A model generated the notes under the pieces. That model was not told where the DNA came from. It made no database searches and saw only the letters and a program-made list of their open reading frames with translations. A stretch of 64,000 nucleotides of DNA from Mayamaea pseudoterrestris (Eukaryota). Positions 1 through 10,790 of the stretch are shown here, in pieces (the stretch's first letter is position 1; every line of letters starts with the position of its first letter). Location: positions 372,001 through 436,000 of the forward strand of contig BROI01000008.1 in assembly GCA_027923505.1 (NCBI GenBank), written 5' to 3'. The position numbers were made by a program, and so were the translations under genes.

Positions 1-2405
1 GGACCAAGAACAGCAGTCCTTCGCTTTCTCTCAATCTCATCAAGTCGTGCACCACTCGACTCGTCAGGATCCAAAAGCGACTCAAAATAAAGTGTGATGT
101 CCCAAAGAGCCGCCAGTGATCCTTCTTTTCCCTGGTCTTCACAAGCAGCGACTGCACGACGAAGGAGGGCTCGAAGGTTAGTAGTATCTCCAAGCTCCAA
201 TAACAGCTGGGCATAGCGCAACACGTATGGTGCCTTTGTCAAAAAGTTGCCATGTTTCCTCAAACCTAGCTCATAGGTTCGCCCTGCAACTTCGCGTGCT
301 CCATTCATGCGATGTTCCATTGTAGCGTGGGCCGCGTAGAGATGCCACGTAACTACGCCTCTATATGACGCCATGGAAGTTGCCTCGCCCCTACCCATAA
401 CTTCCAAAAACTGCACTGACTTTGCGAGTCCTTCCTTTCCAATACTAGAATCGAGCCGATTGGTAATTGCCCATTTTTGCTTTTCGGAAACTTCATTGTG
501 AGATTGATTAGCCACACCATCCCCTCCCTCCTGGGCGGCGTCGTCCTTAAATGTCGCCGCTTCTTCCACGTTGCCTTTAGCGTTAGACGCAACATTAAGC
601 GCTAGTACTCGTCTCGCTCTCGCAAACACTGCCCGCGCCTCCTCGGCGCCTTTGTATCGTCGCACCAACTGTTGACATATGACGAACCCAAGCGTACTCG
701 GACATCTTGCTAGCAATCGCTCCATAACATCAATACATTCCATAGAGTCGCAGGCCGACAACTCTACGATCTGCGCCTCTGCATACGCAAGCAAAGTTGA
801 ATCTGGTATATGACCCTGGGCAAGCTGTAGAACTGCAATCGCTCGTTCTGGACTCTTGCTTTCAGCACCGGACAACTCCCACATGCCCCATTGATACCAG
901 CATTCGGGATGCCGCGTCATTACGCAAATCATTTCCTTGTATGCATGCCGTATGCGTTGCGCCGATTCGGAGCTTGAAAGTCTCTCCGGATTCGTTCGTT
1001 GGTAGGAAGTCCGAATTTTCCAAATGCGGAGCAGCTTATACTCATCTTCCATCTTTGCGGCGTAATCGTCTTCATTGTCGATTACTGGATCCGTCGCGAG
1101 TCGATCAAGATGTAAGTCTCCAGATCCACCGTAAACCCGATTCCTTTCCAAGTAAACGTTCCGCGCATGCTGATACTTTGGCGCAAAATCTTGCGTCAGT
1201 GCCTGGGCCAAAGCCTCGCTCTGAGTGCGCTCAAACGCTTCGTACTCGTTCCAAAACAGGTCCAGCCCCACCATGGGCAACACAACGGCGCGCTGGTAGA
1301 CGGATCGCAGTTGGACCATTTGCTGCTGCGCCAAAACGTGCTGCATGCCGGAATTCTGATCCACCGTCAATGTCCACGACCGGACAAACGCCAGGTATTG
1401 TTTCCACAAAACGTGATTATTGTGCGCAAATCCCGCATTTTGGACGGCCAAGTCAAATGCCCTTGTCGTCGCTTCTCTCACAGCTATGCGTTGGGCATCG
1501 ACATCATCCGTCGACGCCAGACACTGTCTTCGCGCTTGGCGCGATACGGCGAATATGTATACAAGCCAAAGTTCAACACTCCAAACACAAACCCCTCCTA
1601 GCGGCGAAGGCTTATCATCTTCGGCACCACCATCATCCATTTCGACGGCATGTGATTCATTAGCATTTTCTGCAGCCACTTCTCCATCCAAGTTATATCC
1701 CAGCGAATGGCGTAGCAAGTGTAAAAGTTTCAGTTCACATTGCGCGGCGCGTTGCGGCGACACCAACGATGGAACATGTTTGTGTTCGACCGTCAAGCTT
1801 CGTCGCGCCCATGACTGTTCGTCATCCATAAGTACATGCAAATCGTAGTCATCATCACCAGGCCTTGCCGTCTGCGTCCAAAGAAGCTGTGCAACGCGTA
1901 CTTGATACTGAGCCGCGTAGGGAAACGTTTGGAGCAAATATCCATAGCAGCTTTCAATCCAATCAAGCTGGATCTCGCGTTGGTGAGCGTCATGCGAAGA
2001 TAGTGTTGCTGCTGCTGACTCTAGAATCGTTCGGTAGCATGACTGCGCCTCAGTTAGTAGTGCCTGCCATGCTTCTACATCGCGCCTAGGTTGCAGAGTG
2101 ATGCGATTCAGGGCATTCTTGTATCGCGTCGACGTCGGACCAGAATTATGTTGTGGGTACGGAGATGGCGTTTTAATTGGAGTTATCAAATTAACAATCT
2201 TCTGCTCCTGATGAAGACTGATATTGTTATCGAATGCAGCCGACGCCAAAGGAGCAGCAGCAGGAAGAAGAGGCAAGGCTTCATCAATGTCCATGGGCTC
2301 GTCATCTCCGCTCAGCAGTATTGATGCCGTTGTTGCAGCAGTCGCAGTAGCACCCATAGCATCGTCGCCTTGCTTTTTCTTTGTTCGTGGATCAACGCGA
2401 CTCAT
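1..2405 (-). CDS. CSTF3: Cleavage stimulation factor 77 kDa subunit / RNA14 / Suppressor-of-forked HAT-repeat protein (3' end runs off window)
   Basis: Not in the ORF track because no stop falls in the window. Manual translation of both ends: ATG at 2405 (MSRVDPRT...) is in frame with ...TWHLYAAHATMEHRMNGAREVAGRTYELGLRKHGNFLTKAPYVLRYAQLLLELGDTTNLRALLRRA, typical of the CstF77 C-terminal HAT repeats. Confidence 0.8.
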   Translation of the reverse strand, partial: MSRVDPRTKKKQGDDAMGATATAATTASILLSGDDEPMDIDEALPLLPAAAPLASAAFDNNISLHQEQKIVNLITPIKTPSPYPQHNSGPTSTRYKNALNRITLQPRRDVEAWQALLTEAQSCYRTILESAAATLSSHDAHQREIQLDWIESCYGYLLQTFPYAAQYQVRVAQLLWTQTARPGDDDYDLHVLMDDEQSWARRSLTVEHKHVPSLVSPQRAAQCELKLLHLLRHSLGYNLDGEVAAENANESHAVEMDDGGAEDDKPSPLGGVCVWSVELWLVYIFAVSRQARRQCLASTDDVDAQRIAVREATTRAFDLAVQNAGFAHNNHVLWKQYLAFVRSWTLTVDQNSGMQHVLAQQQMVQLRSVYQRAVVLPMVGLDLFWNEYEAFERTQSEALAQALTQDFAPKYQHARNVYLERNRVYGGSGDLHLDRLATDPVIDNEDDYAAKMEDEYKLLRIWKIRTSYQRTNPERLSSSESAQRIRHAYKEMICVMTRHPECWYQWGMWELSGAESKSPERAIAVLQLAQGHIPDSTLLAYAEAQIVELSACDSMECIDVMERLLARCPSTLGFVICQQLVRRYKGAEEARAVFARARRVLALNVASNAKGNVEEAATFKDDAAQEGGDGVANQSHNEVSEKQKWAITNRLDSSIGKEGLAKSVQFLEVMGRGEATSMASYRGVVTWHLYAAHATMEHRMNGAREVAGRTYELGLRKHGNFLTKAPYVLRYAQLLLELGDTTNLRALLRRAVAACEDQGKEGSLAALWDITLYFESLLDPDESSGARLDEIERKRRTAVLG

Positions 2406-2709
2406 TGTTTCCAGCGGTTGCGGTTTTGCCTAGCGCAATGAATTGAATTGCCAAATTAAAGTTGTGGAAGTCAAACAGTACGGATCGCGGCTTTCATGGT
2501 GGATGGCCGCGATGCGATGCCACGATAAGTACCGGAGTGACAACTTTTATAAGCATATCATCTTAAGGCTGGAGCTTTCAAATTCGTGCCGCGTCGTCGC
2601 GCGCTGCCGTCATTCGTCGAATGATCGAGCGGCTTGAAGAATTGACAAACACCATTGCATTCGTCCTTCGGAGAAAGACAGATAAATACATACAGAGTTC
2701 TTGTTAACC

Positions 2710-5486
2710 ATGATCAATCTTCTTCTTTGGCCGCTCAAGGTGATCTTGATCGCCATTGACTTAGCGGTAAGTGAGGCGGTGAGGAAAGCTGGCCTTTCTC
2801 GATGCAACTATTGCCTCCCACGGTCGTGGCAAAAGATCTTAGCCGTATGCCCTTTACTCTTCTGACCATTCATCGTTTATCTATCTACAGATCACTATTG
2901 CTACATTTGGATGGCTCAAGGCTTTTACCCAATTCTTTGCGCGGACGCCATTGCGCACCCTGCCTGCCGGCGACGATCCCTCGCACCGTGTGCACGCCGA
3001 CTACAAGGATCACCTGGTCAAGACGCCTCGCGACGGAGTAGAGACGCTCTACGATTTAGCCAAGGATGCATTTGAACGATACGGAGACAGAAACTGCATG
3101 GCCAAGAGAGATTTCCTGGGATGGAAGGTGCCCAACAAGGTCAAGGAGTTTGACACAACCATACTGTGGAGGACCTATCAGCAAGTGGGAGATGAAGCGC
3201 ACAAATTTGGAGCGGCACTTCGGGCAGCAGGCGTGCAGCCGGCTCCGCCAAAAACTGATTTACTCAAGGTCAATAAGCCATGGTGAGCAGTATTCTGCTT
3301 GTGTGATTATGGCTGCTCCTGGCTATCAGCAGGACAGTTTTTCGACTCACTTTCTCCTCACTCTTCCCCTCACGCTTCCCTTCCGTTTTATTACAGTCGC
3401 ATGGCTATCTTTGAGAACACTTGCCCTGAGTGGATGATTGCAGCCATTGGGGCCGTCAGCCAGAGCGTCAGTGTCGTGTAAGTTGGATGCATTGTATTTA
3501 CATGACTTTTTGGTTCCGGTCCACGCGTCATGCACTCACGCGCCACCTCATGTTCCATGTTTCACTACCAGAACTGTCTATGCGACGCTTGGAATTGATG
3601 CTGTCGTTGAAGTTGTCAATGACAATCTTATTCCCGTTCTTGTCTGTAACAAAAAGGATGTTTCCAAGCTTGTTTCCAAGCTTGGAAAGATGAAGTGTTT
3701 GACTCACCTCGTTTACACCAATGACTTGGTCGCCCGCGACGATGTCGACGACAAAATCCCCGAACAAAAGAACATTAAAATTATGTCGTTCGATGACTTT
3801 GTCGCATCTGGAGATACTTCTGCTTACCCACCAACGCCTCCCAAGCCCGAAACAGTGGCAGTGGTCATGTACACGTCTGGGTCGACGGGCAAACCAAAGG
3901 GCGTCATTATCAACCATGCGCAAATTGTCGCAGTTTGCGGAGCCGCCGATATTGCTTTGGGAATTGAAAAGGGCAAGGACGTTTACATTGCATGTATGTA
4001 TTTACTTTGCTGAAAATGAATGCAAACATGTTTGCGCGTACGTTGTGCTAACCTTTATGACCGTCTTGACCTTGCTTTCAAAGATTTGCCGCTTGCGCAC
4101 ATCATGGAGCTCATGGCCGAGTTTGTCATGGTATGTGATTACTGTGAAGCTATTTTTGCTGAAAATGAATGCAAATATGTTTGCACGTACGTAGTGCTGA
4201 CCTTTATGACCGCCTTGACCTTGCTTTCAGATTACCATGGGCTGCACCTTGTGTTACGCAGATCCCAAGAGCTTGACGGCGACGGGTTCATACCCAATGG
4301 GAGCTCTTGAAGTTTACTCGCCAACGCTAATGGTTGCTGTGCCGTAAGTATTGTAATTTGTGAGAGTTCTCACAATCATTTGTTGAAAAATCAGCATTCT
4401 TACGGTCCCTCATTTTCTCACGGCAGCAAAATCTGGGACACAATCAAGAAAGGAATTCAGGCCAAGGTGCATGCCGGCTCGGCAGTCGCCCAGTTTCTCG
4501 TCAAGACTGCCTTTGAGTGGAGGACATTCGCCTTGAAGCATGGTTTTGACACGCCGCTGTTCAAGGCACTAGTGTTTAAGAAGTTTTCCAAAATCACGGG
4601 CGGACGGCTGCGTTTAGGAGTCAGTGGAGGCGGTCCGATCAACGGATCTGTCCAAGAGTTTTGTCGAACGGCCTTTGGGTTCCATTTCGTCCAAGGCTAT
4701 GGTTTGACCGAGACATGCGCAGGCATCGCCATCCAGGCTACCGACGATTTCCGAGGTGGCATTGCTGGTGTCGTCATACCATCCATCGAGTGCAAGCTTT
4801 TGTCGACTCCTGACATAGGCGACAAGGCGGCCCAGCCATACATGTCCACAGATCGATACGACGTTGAAGGCAATCCGATCTTTGGCCGAGGTGAAATCAT
4901 TGTGCGAGGCTTCAATGTCTCCGCGGGATATTATATGGAACCGGAGAAGACAAAGGAGGAATACGGAGAGGACGGCTGGTTCCACACTGGAGACATTGGC
5001 CAATTTATGGATGACGGCTCGCTTCGCATCGTCGACCGCAAGAAGAACTTGGTCAAGTTAAAGGGTGGCGAATACATAGCGCTGGAAAAGATGGAGATGA
5101 CATATGGGAATTCTGATTTTGTTGACGCGGTTCATGGAGGCATCTGCTGCTATGGAGACGGTGAGCTGGATCGACCTGTGGCTTTGATGCAGCTTTCGGA
5201 GCCTGCGGCCATGAAGTGGGCGAAACGCCATGGTGTCGACGGCGATTTTTCGAAGGTCAAGGAATCCAAAGAACTTTACGATGCTGTCATGGCAGACATG
5301 ACACAGCAACACAAGAGCAGCGATTTGTCTCATCTTGAGAAGCTTGTCGCTGTCGCATTTTTGACCGAGCCCTGGACCCCTGAGAATGGCTGTCTTACGG
5401 CTGCCAACAAGCTTCAGCGGCGTGAAGTCATTAATCAGTTCGAAAAAGAGTTTAATGAGGTCAAGGCGAAAGGAATTTTTGACTAG
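2710..5486 (+). CDS. LACS: Long-chain acyl-CoA synthetase (AMP-binding), 7 exons
   Basis: YTSGSTGKPKG P-loop, YLPLAHIME, GYGLTET, GWFHTGDIG, IVDRKKNLVKLKGGEYIALEK. GT-AG introns at 2767-2890, 3283-3396, 3478-3571, 3994-4083, 4131-4230 and ~4344-4426 restore one frame. Confidence 0.95.
3994..4230 (+). repeat. Two near-identical neighbouring introns in LACS (75-nt shared core, 4006-4080 vs 4155-4229)
   Basis: Direct alignment gives 5 mismatches in 75 nt; the 47-nt exon between them is not duplicated. Confidence 0.9.
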
Positions 5487-5561
5487 TTTATGTTGCAATT
5501 GTTTGGGAAAAAACAATGTGGAGAATGTACACTTGGCTAGTAATTATCGCGTACAAGATCC

Positions 5562-6998
5562 TTATTTAATCCTCTTCTTTGTCATCTTCTTTGCCTTGCC
5601 AACTCCAGCTCTTCCTTTCTTCTTCCGGAACGACGATCCCCCCAGCCCATCATCGTAGTCATAGTCGTAACCAGTTTCTCCATGTGCGAGTTGACCTTTT
5701 CTGCGCGCCTTTTCCTTCGCAACACCTCCTCCTTCGACCACTGATTTCAGTACTTTCATGCTTCTCTCAGATTCGGTGGAGAGTACCTTCTTATCACTAT
5801 CGCTCTCATATTTGCGCTTATTTGCACTCGCCAACGCCTTTTTTCGTGCTGGTTCACCCTCCAACATTTTATCAAACCGTCCTAGACTTGCCGTTGATTT
5901 TTGAGTTGCCAACAAAGCAGCTAACGTCGAAGCCTTGCCACGCTTTGCCAACGTACCATCCTTTGATGCCTTGAGGTCAACTGGAACACCCGCCGGAGGA
6001 ACAGTGTCCCGATCCTTGTTACCTCCAATCTTTCCGACTTCTCGCGCTGACGTGCGCTGTTTGACAACGCTCTTGGCAGTCCCCTTGGGAAGTGCACCTG
6101 CACGCTCCATGTTTTTCATGCGACTCTCTTGATTGTGTTCGCGTCTCGATTTCTTCTCGTCACGAGCACGCTCCCAAGGATCCTCAAACGGATCTTGGTT
6201 AGCCTTGACCTCCATGATGGGCCACTCCTTAGTGTCATCATTGGCCTTTTCGTACCCATGTCTGTACTTCCACGAGTTTGTCGCTTCGTCCCATACCTTT
6301 TGTGATCGCTTGGACTTGTTAAGTGGAAGGCCCTTTTCTTTGGCAAACTTCTCCCATTTGGTCAGTTGTTTTAGAGCCGGCGGTGCAAGTGAACGAGGCA
6401 AGGGGAGCTCATCATACTTGGGAAGCGTTCCCAGTGGACCTGCGTCACTTCGTTCAACCGGCAATTGCCAGAGGACACTCAAGAGTTGGCTGCATCCGTC
6501 CGTCGCCTTCTGGAGCAAGTAGTCTTCATCGACCGTCATGTGAAAATTTTCGGCTTCAATGGTAAACCGTCTGTCATCATTTTTGACCGACTTTGACTTA
6601 TACAATTTGCCTTCATTGACACCATGCGAGTTCATTGCTAACAGATTTCGAACGTCAAAGGTGCAGGGTTCCGTCGACTTGACGTCCGATCGACTGACTG
6701 CCTTTTCTGTAATTCCTTCATCCTCGACGTCGTCTTCGCCAGAAGATGCAAACTCTTCATCGCTCTCAGCAATGTCATCTTGCACAGGTTCATCGCCAAC
6801 ATCTTCTTCTTCCTCGTTGCTAGAGCCATCATGCTCTTCCTGGGCTGCATCGTCGTCGTCGTAACTATCACCTGCTTGACCATCGTCACTTTCGGCATCG
6901 GATTGGCGTTCCTGTTCATCAGCGGCTAACTTGTCGGCCACATCTCCGTAATCAAGCTCCTTATCGTATTTCGAGCGCTTCCTGTTCACCATGGTCAT
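5562..6998 (-). CDS. RRS1: Ribosome biogenesis regulatory protein RRS1
   Basis: LPKYDELPLPR...TKWEKFAKEKG...VWDEATNSWKYRHGY...WPIMEV and STASLGRFD motifs; acidic N-terminus. Confidence 0.85.
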   Translation of the reverse strand: MTMVNRKRSKYDKELDYGDVADKLAADEQERQSDAESDDGQAGDSYDDDDAAQEEHDGSSNEEEEDVGDEPVQDDIAESDEEFASSGEDDVEDEGITEKAVSRSDVKSTEPCTFDVRNLLAMNSHGVNEGKLYKSKSVKNDDRRFTIEAENFHMTVDEDYLLQKATDGCSQLLSVLWQLPVERSDAGPLGTLPKYDELPLPRSLAPPALKQLTKWEKFAKEKGLPLNKSKRSQKVWDEATNSWKYRHGYEKANDDTKEWPIMEVKANQDPFEDPWERARDEKKSRREHNQESRMKNMERAGALPKGTAKSVVKQRTSAREVGKIGGNKDRDTVPPAGVPVDLKASKDGTLAKRGKASTLAALLATQKSTASLGRFDKMLEGEPARKKALASANKRKYESDSDKKVLSTESERSMKVLKSVVEGGGVAKEKARRKGQLAHGETGYDYDYDDGLGGSSFRKKKGRAGVGKAKKMTKKRIK

Positions 6999-7306
6999 GG
7001 CTCGCGTTTTAGAAATGCTGAAGAAAAATGAAAGAAAACTGCGGTTGGTCACGAAGCTAATCGGGTTATGAGGTAAGAAACAGCTCTGGTAGCTAAATAA
7101 CCTCAGTTATGATATTGACGCCAAGGCAAAGGATGACCCGAGGCCGCACTATTTAAACGAGAATACACAGATTGCACAAACCAATCTATTGTCAACACGC
7201 AAAATGTCATACTGAATTGATTGACTACAATACCATTCGATGCTAGGACAAGCTCATCCAAAATGTGTCAAGCCAAACGCAAAGGCGACGATAGAAACAC
7301 ATATAA

Positions 7307-8944
7307 TTAGTATTGCATGTGATAATCTACCGTCAGCTGCGACAGCTGCGTCGCACACTCTAAAGAAACGACTGGATCTCCGTGTTTGGATGGATAGTCG
7401 CCCTGGATGCACGTGTACTTTGGTTCGCCTTCCTTGCCAGCAATCCACGGATGATTCTGCGCCTCGCGCACAGTCATGCGATCCTCAGGAGATTTCTGCG
7501 TCATGGCTTTTATTAGCAAAGCCGCCTCCTTTGGTAGCTTGGCGGGGTCGCGAATTACAATATCGGGTGGGGCGACAGCGCCGACGCAGCAGCAACCTCC
7601 ACCTTGAATTTCCTCCACTTCGTCCTCGACAACGACATTATCACGTTCCCGCATGTACTCGGACATGGTGAAATTAGGAGGAATACCAGTGATCGTCACA
7701 CGAAGCGTCCATCCAACCGAATAGGCATCGACTATCATGCCGTAGTCAGCGACACATTCAGTCATGGCAGCATTCTGCTTGGCAAAATCTTCTGGCGTCT
7801 TGTGACGAAGCTTTCTACGAATTTCCGGAGCAGCATACGCCTTTGTACCAAGAGCCGACATGGAGCGAACATGCTGGCGTGCCGTTGATCCGCGACGCTC
7901 GGCATAGTCGGGAAGCGACATGCTGATACCTGACATGCGTCGGCGCTGCTTGCCACCACCCATGATCGCATGCTCTACCTCATTAGTCGCTTCAAATACC
8001 GAATGGCGAATGCTCTCGGCAACGTGTTCATCCACATGTTCTTCCTCCGCAGCAGCAGTAGCTGCTTCCGGTGCCTCCTTGGTGCCTCCCGTCTTGCTTT
8101 GGCTTCCCTCATAGACAATGGAATTTTTCAAATGCTTGTTCGAGTTAATTTCCTGATTCTCCAGCGCACGCGCAAACCCAAAATCAACTAACATCAGCTT
8201 CCATTTTCCGTGCGCGACTGCTTCCATAGCGTCCTCTCCGTTGCTCCAAATGGCGTCATCTAAAAACCAGTCATAGTCTTCAGTAGGGGGAATCTGCGTA
8301 CACGCCAAGATGCAGTTGGAAGGCTTAATATCGCGATGAATGCATGCGCGGCCATGCAAGTAGCTAACGGCTCCAATGAGTTCACGACTGACAAGTCTCG
8401 ATAATGGTACACCCAAGGCTCCGCGTTTAATGACAAGCTGATGAAGGTTTGGCCCACGAGCAAGCTGCATGATGACGACTCGGGTACCAGCTTCTAGTGG
8501 GAAAGCTCGGATGAGTCGAATGACGCTTGCATGGCGGAGTTCCTCGAGAATGAGAATTTCTCGTTCGGCATAAACCTTTCCCTTGTCATCTTTAATATTG
8601 ATGTTTTTTATAGCAACGTATTCGTCGTCAAACTCGTCCGATTGAGGGACGACGCGCTTGGCCATCCAAACCATTCCGAACGATCCTTTGCCTGGCGAGT
8701 ACAAGCAATCAACCAGGTGTAAGATTACCATTGCTCTGGCTTGCAAGCCTCGTGAGCCGTATCACAGAGATAACGAAGAACCGAAATTGGACTTACCCAA
8801 GACCTCCAGCCTTTCATAGCGCTCTGCCACCTCCTTGGGCCAATCAGGACTTGGAGTCTTTCGCACCATTGCCAAAGCCTCGTCATTATCCATTCTTCTC
8901 CTTCTTTTGTCCCAAAGGTGGTACTGGGTACAGACTATGCCCAA
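7307..8944 (-). CDS. Ser/Thr protein kinase (2 exons, intron 8692-8796)
   Basis: LG|KGSFGMVW, VAIK, HRDIKPSN, DFG, GTKAYAAPE; the intron joins ORF 8762-8944 to ORF 7307-8746. Confidence 0.9.
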
Positions 8945-9185
8945 CCTACCACGGTCGCTTGATCGGATAGCAGCTAAAGTGTGCTTATGTCGCTAGCGCC
9001 TAGCGCTGGATTCGGAAAATCATCACCGTCGCGAGTCCGTGTGCCTGCCAGCGCGCTTGACTTGAGATCCGTTTCATTCGGAGTGATGAAGCGGCACTGA
9101 AAACGACGCGTTTCGTCCGAATGCAACGCGCGAAAATGACCATGATCTAAATTCGGTCGGCCATGCCGCATGCAGAAACGCCAAC

Positions 9186-10325
9186 ATGCAGACGAATGTG
9201 GTCTTGTCGGTTACGCAGATCGCAACATTTTTGCATGACGGAGTACTGATGGTGGATGATATACTCACCCCTGCGGAACTTGACAATGCACACAATGGTC
9301 TGCGAACATCACTGCTTCGCCATGGGGTTGACACGAACAACTTGCTCATCACTGGCTCTAATCTAGCCAAGCTCAGCTCTACGAATGGAAGCGGAGGCGT
9401 AATTGACCTTGTTTACGAGGAATGGAAAATGGATATTGCTTTGAACGAAAAGTTGTTTCAAGTTACGACGGAACTATGGAAGGAAGCGTTCCGTCATAAT
9501 GGAGAGAGTCAAAATGACATAGCAAATGAACAGGAGCACTATAAATGGCATCCATATGGAAGCTTCGACTACAGCCAAGGATACGCTTACATGGATCGGG
9601 TTGGTTATCGCCTTCCGACGCCACTGGCAGAACATTTGGGCGAAAAATGTCAAAGTAATTGTACCAAGTCAAATGGGAAGAAGCGTTCATTACAAAGGTG
9701 TCTGACGCCTCATCTGGACTGCTGTCCAGAAACGTTTCATGCAAAAAATAAGACAAAGTGGAGACCAATCCAATGTATGGTCGCCTTGACGGATTGTTTA
9801 GAGCCAAACACTGGAGGATTTGAAGTTGCTAAGGGCTTTCATCGTGAGTTCGACCAATGGGCCAAGAGCAGATCACCTTCGCGCGTCGTTAAAAAGAACA
9901 GGGATGGCAGGAAGGAAATAGTTAGTATCCCCGCCCCATGCGTTGGCGAGTACACTCATGTTCGTCCACTTGAAGACGCTGCCATTATGAAACGCATACA
10001 ACATGTATCCGTAAAGGCTGGGAGCGCCGTCTTTTGGGACAATCGACTCCCACACGCCAATGCATACCGACACAACGGTTCATCGCCTCGATGCGTTGTA
10101 TACTGTTCTTTTCTTCCCGATGTTCTAGTCAATCGCATTTTTGTTAAACGGCAATTGAGTCTCTGGAGGAATGGACTAGCTCCCATTGACACTAAATGGA
10201 TGGAAGCAAATGAAAATAATGGTGCAATGTTTTCGTCGACTGACAACTTGGAATGCTATTTGAAGAGGTTGTCGACGAGGCAACGCCGTATGCTGGGTGT
10301 TGAAGAATGGAGTGATGACAATTGA
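9186..10325 (+). CDS. Phytanoyl-CoA dioxygenase-like 2OG-Fe(II) oxygenase
   Basis: QIATFLHDGVL N-terminus, PHLD (HxD), PIQCMVALTD, AGSAVFWDNRLPHAN distal His. Confidence 0.75.
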   Translation: MQTNVVLSVTQIATFLHDGVLMVDDILTPAELDNAHNGLRTSLLRHGVDTNNLLITGSNLAKLSSTNGSGGVIDLVYEEWKMDIALNEKLFQVTTELWKEAFRHNGESQNDIANEQEHYKWHPYGSFDYSQGYAYMDRVGYRLPTPLAEHLGEKCQSNCTKSNGKKRSLQRCLTPHLDCCPETFHAKNKTKWRPIQCMVALTDCLEPNTGGFEVAKGFHREFDQWAKSRSPSRVVKKNRDGRKEIVSIPAPCVGEYTHVRPLEDAAIMKRIQHVSVKAGSAVFWDNRLPHANAYRHNGSSPRCVVYCSFLPDVLVNRIFVKRQLSLWRNGLAPIDTKWMEANENNGAMFSSTDNLECYLKRLSTRQRRMLGVEEWSDDN

Positions 10326-10790
10326 CTGTGAACATACATCCTATTGCGCCCTTTTTGCACTCGACTCTTTCCTTAGCAAAGTAATGCCAGGAGGCTTGTG
10401 CATCCGCACTGCATGATATGAAGGATTTGTAAATCCATATTCTATTAACTGTAATGAGTCTGCTATGTCGTTTGTTAGCGATTGTCCGCACTCATTGGAA
10501 TGGGTATTGGTGCGACATGTAAGTATTCATTCGCGGATTACTCTCGGTGCGTCACATCGGTTCGACATCCAACAGAACACGCGAAACGCGCACTCCCTTT
10601 TGCCGATCGCGGGAACAAGTCTGTCAACACTGTTGATTCTATCGCTGAGATTCGCATACATCTGTAAAGGCATTGTGACTAAATTTAAGTTTTCGCAGCA
10701 ATCTCCGCTTTCTTTAATTCCTTATCGCCACGTTGTCATCGAAGAGGTTCCGTCTGCCTGCTGACGACCAAACTTGAGTGCAATTTCAGA

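Noticed and set aside
797..2433. Several long plus-strand ORFs (288, 144, 142 aa etc.)
   Set aside because: Antisense shadows of the minus-strand CstF77 gene; no motifs.
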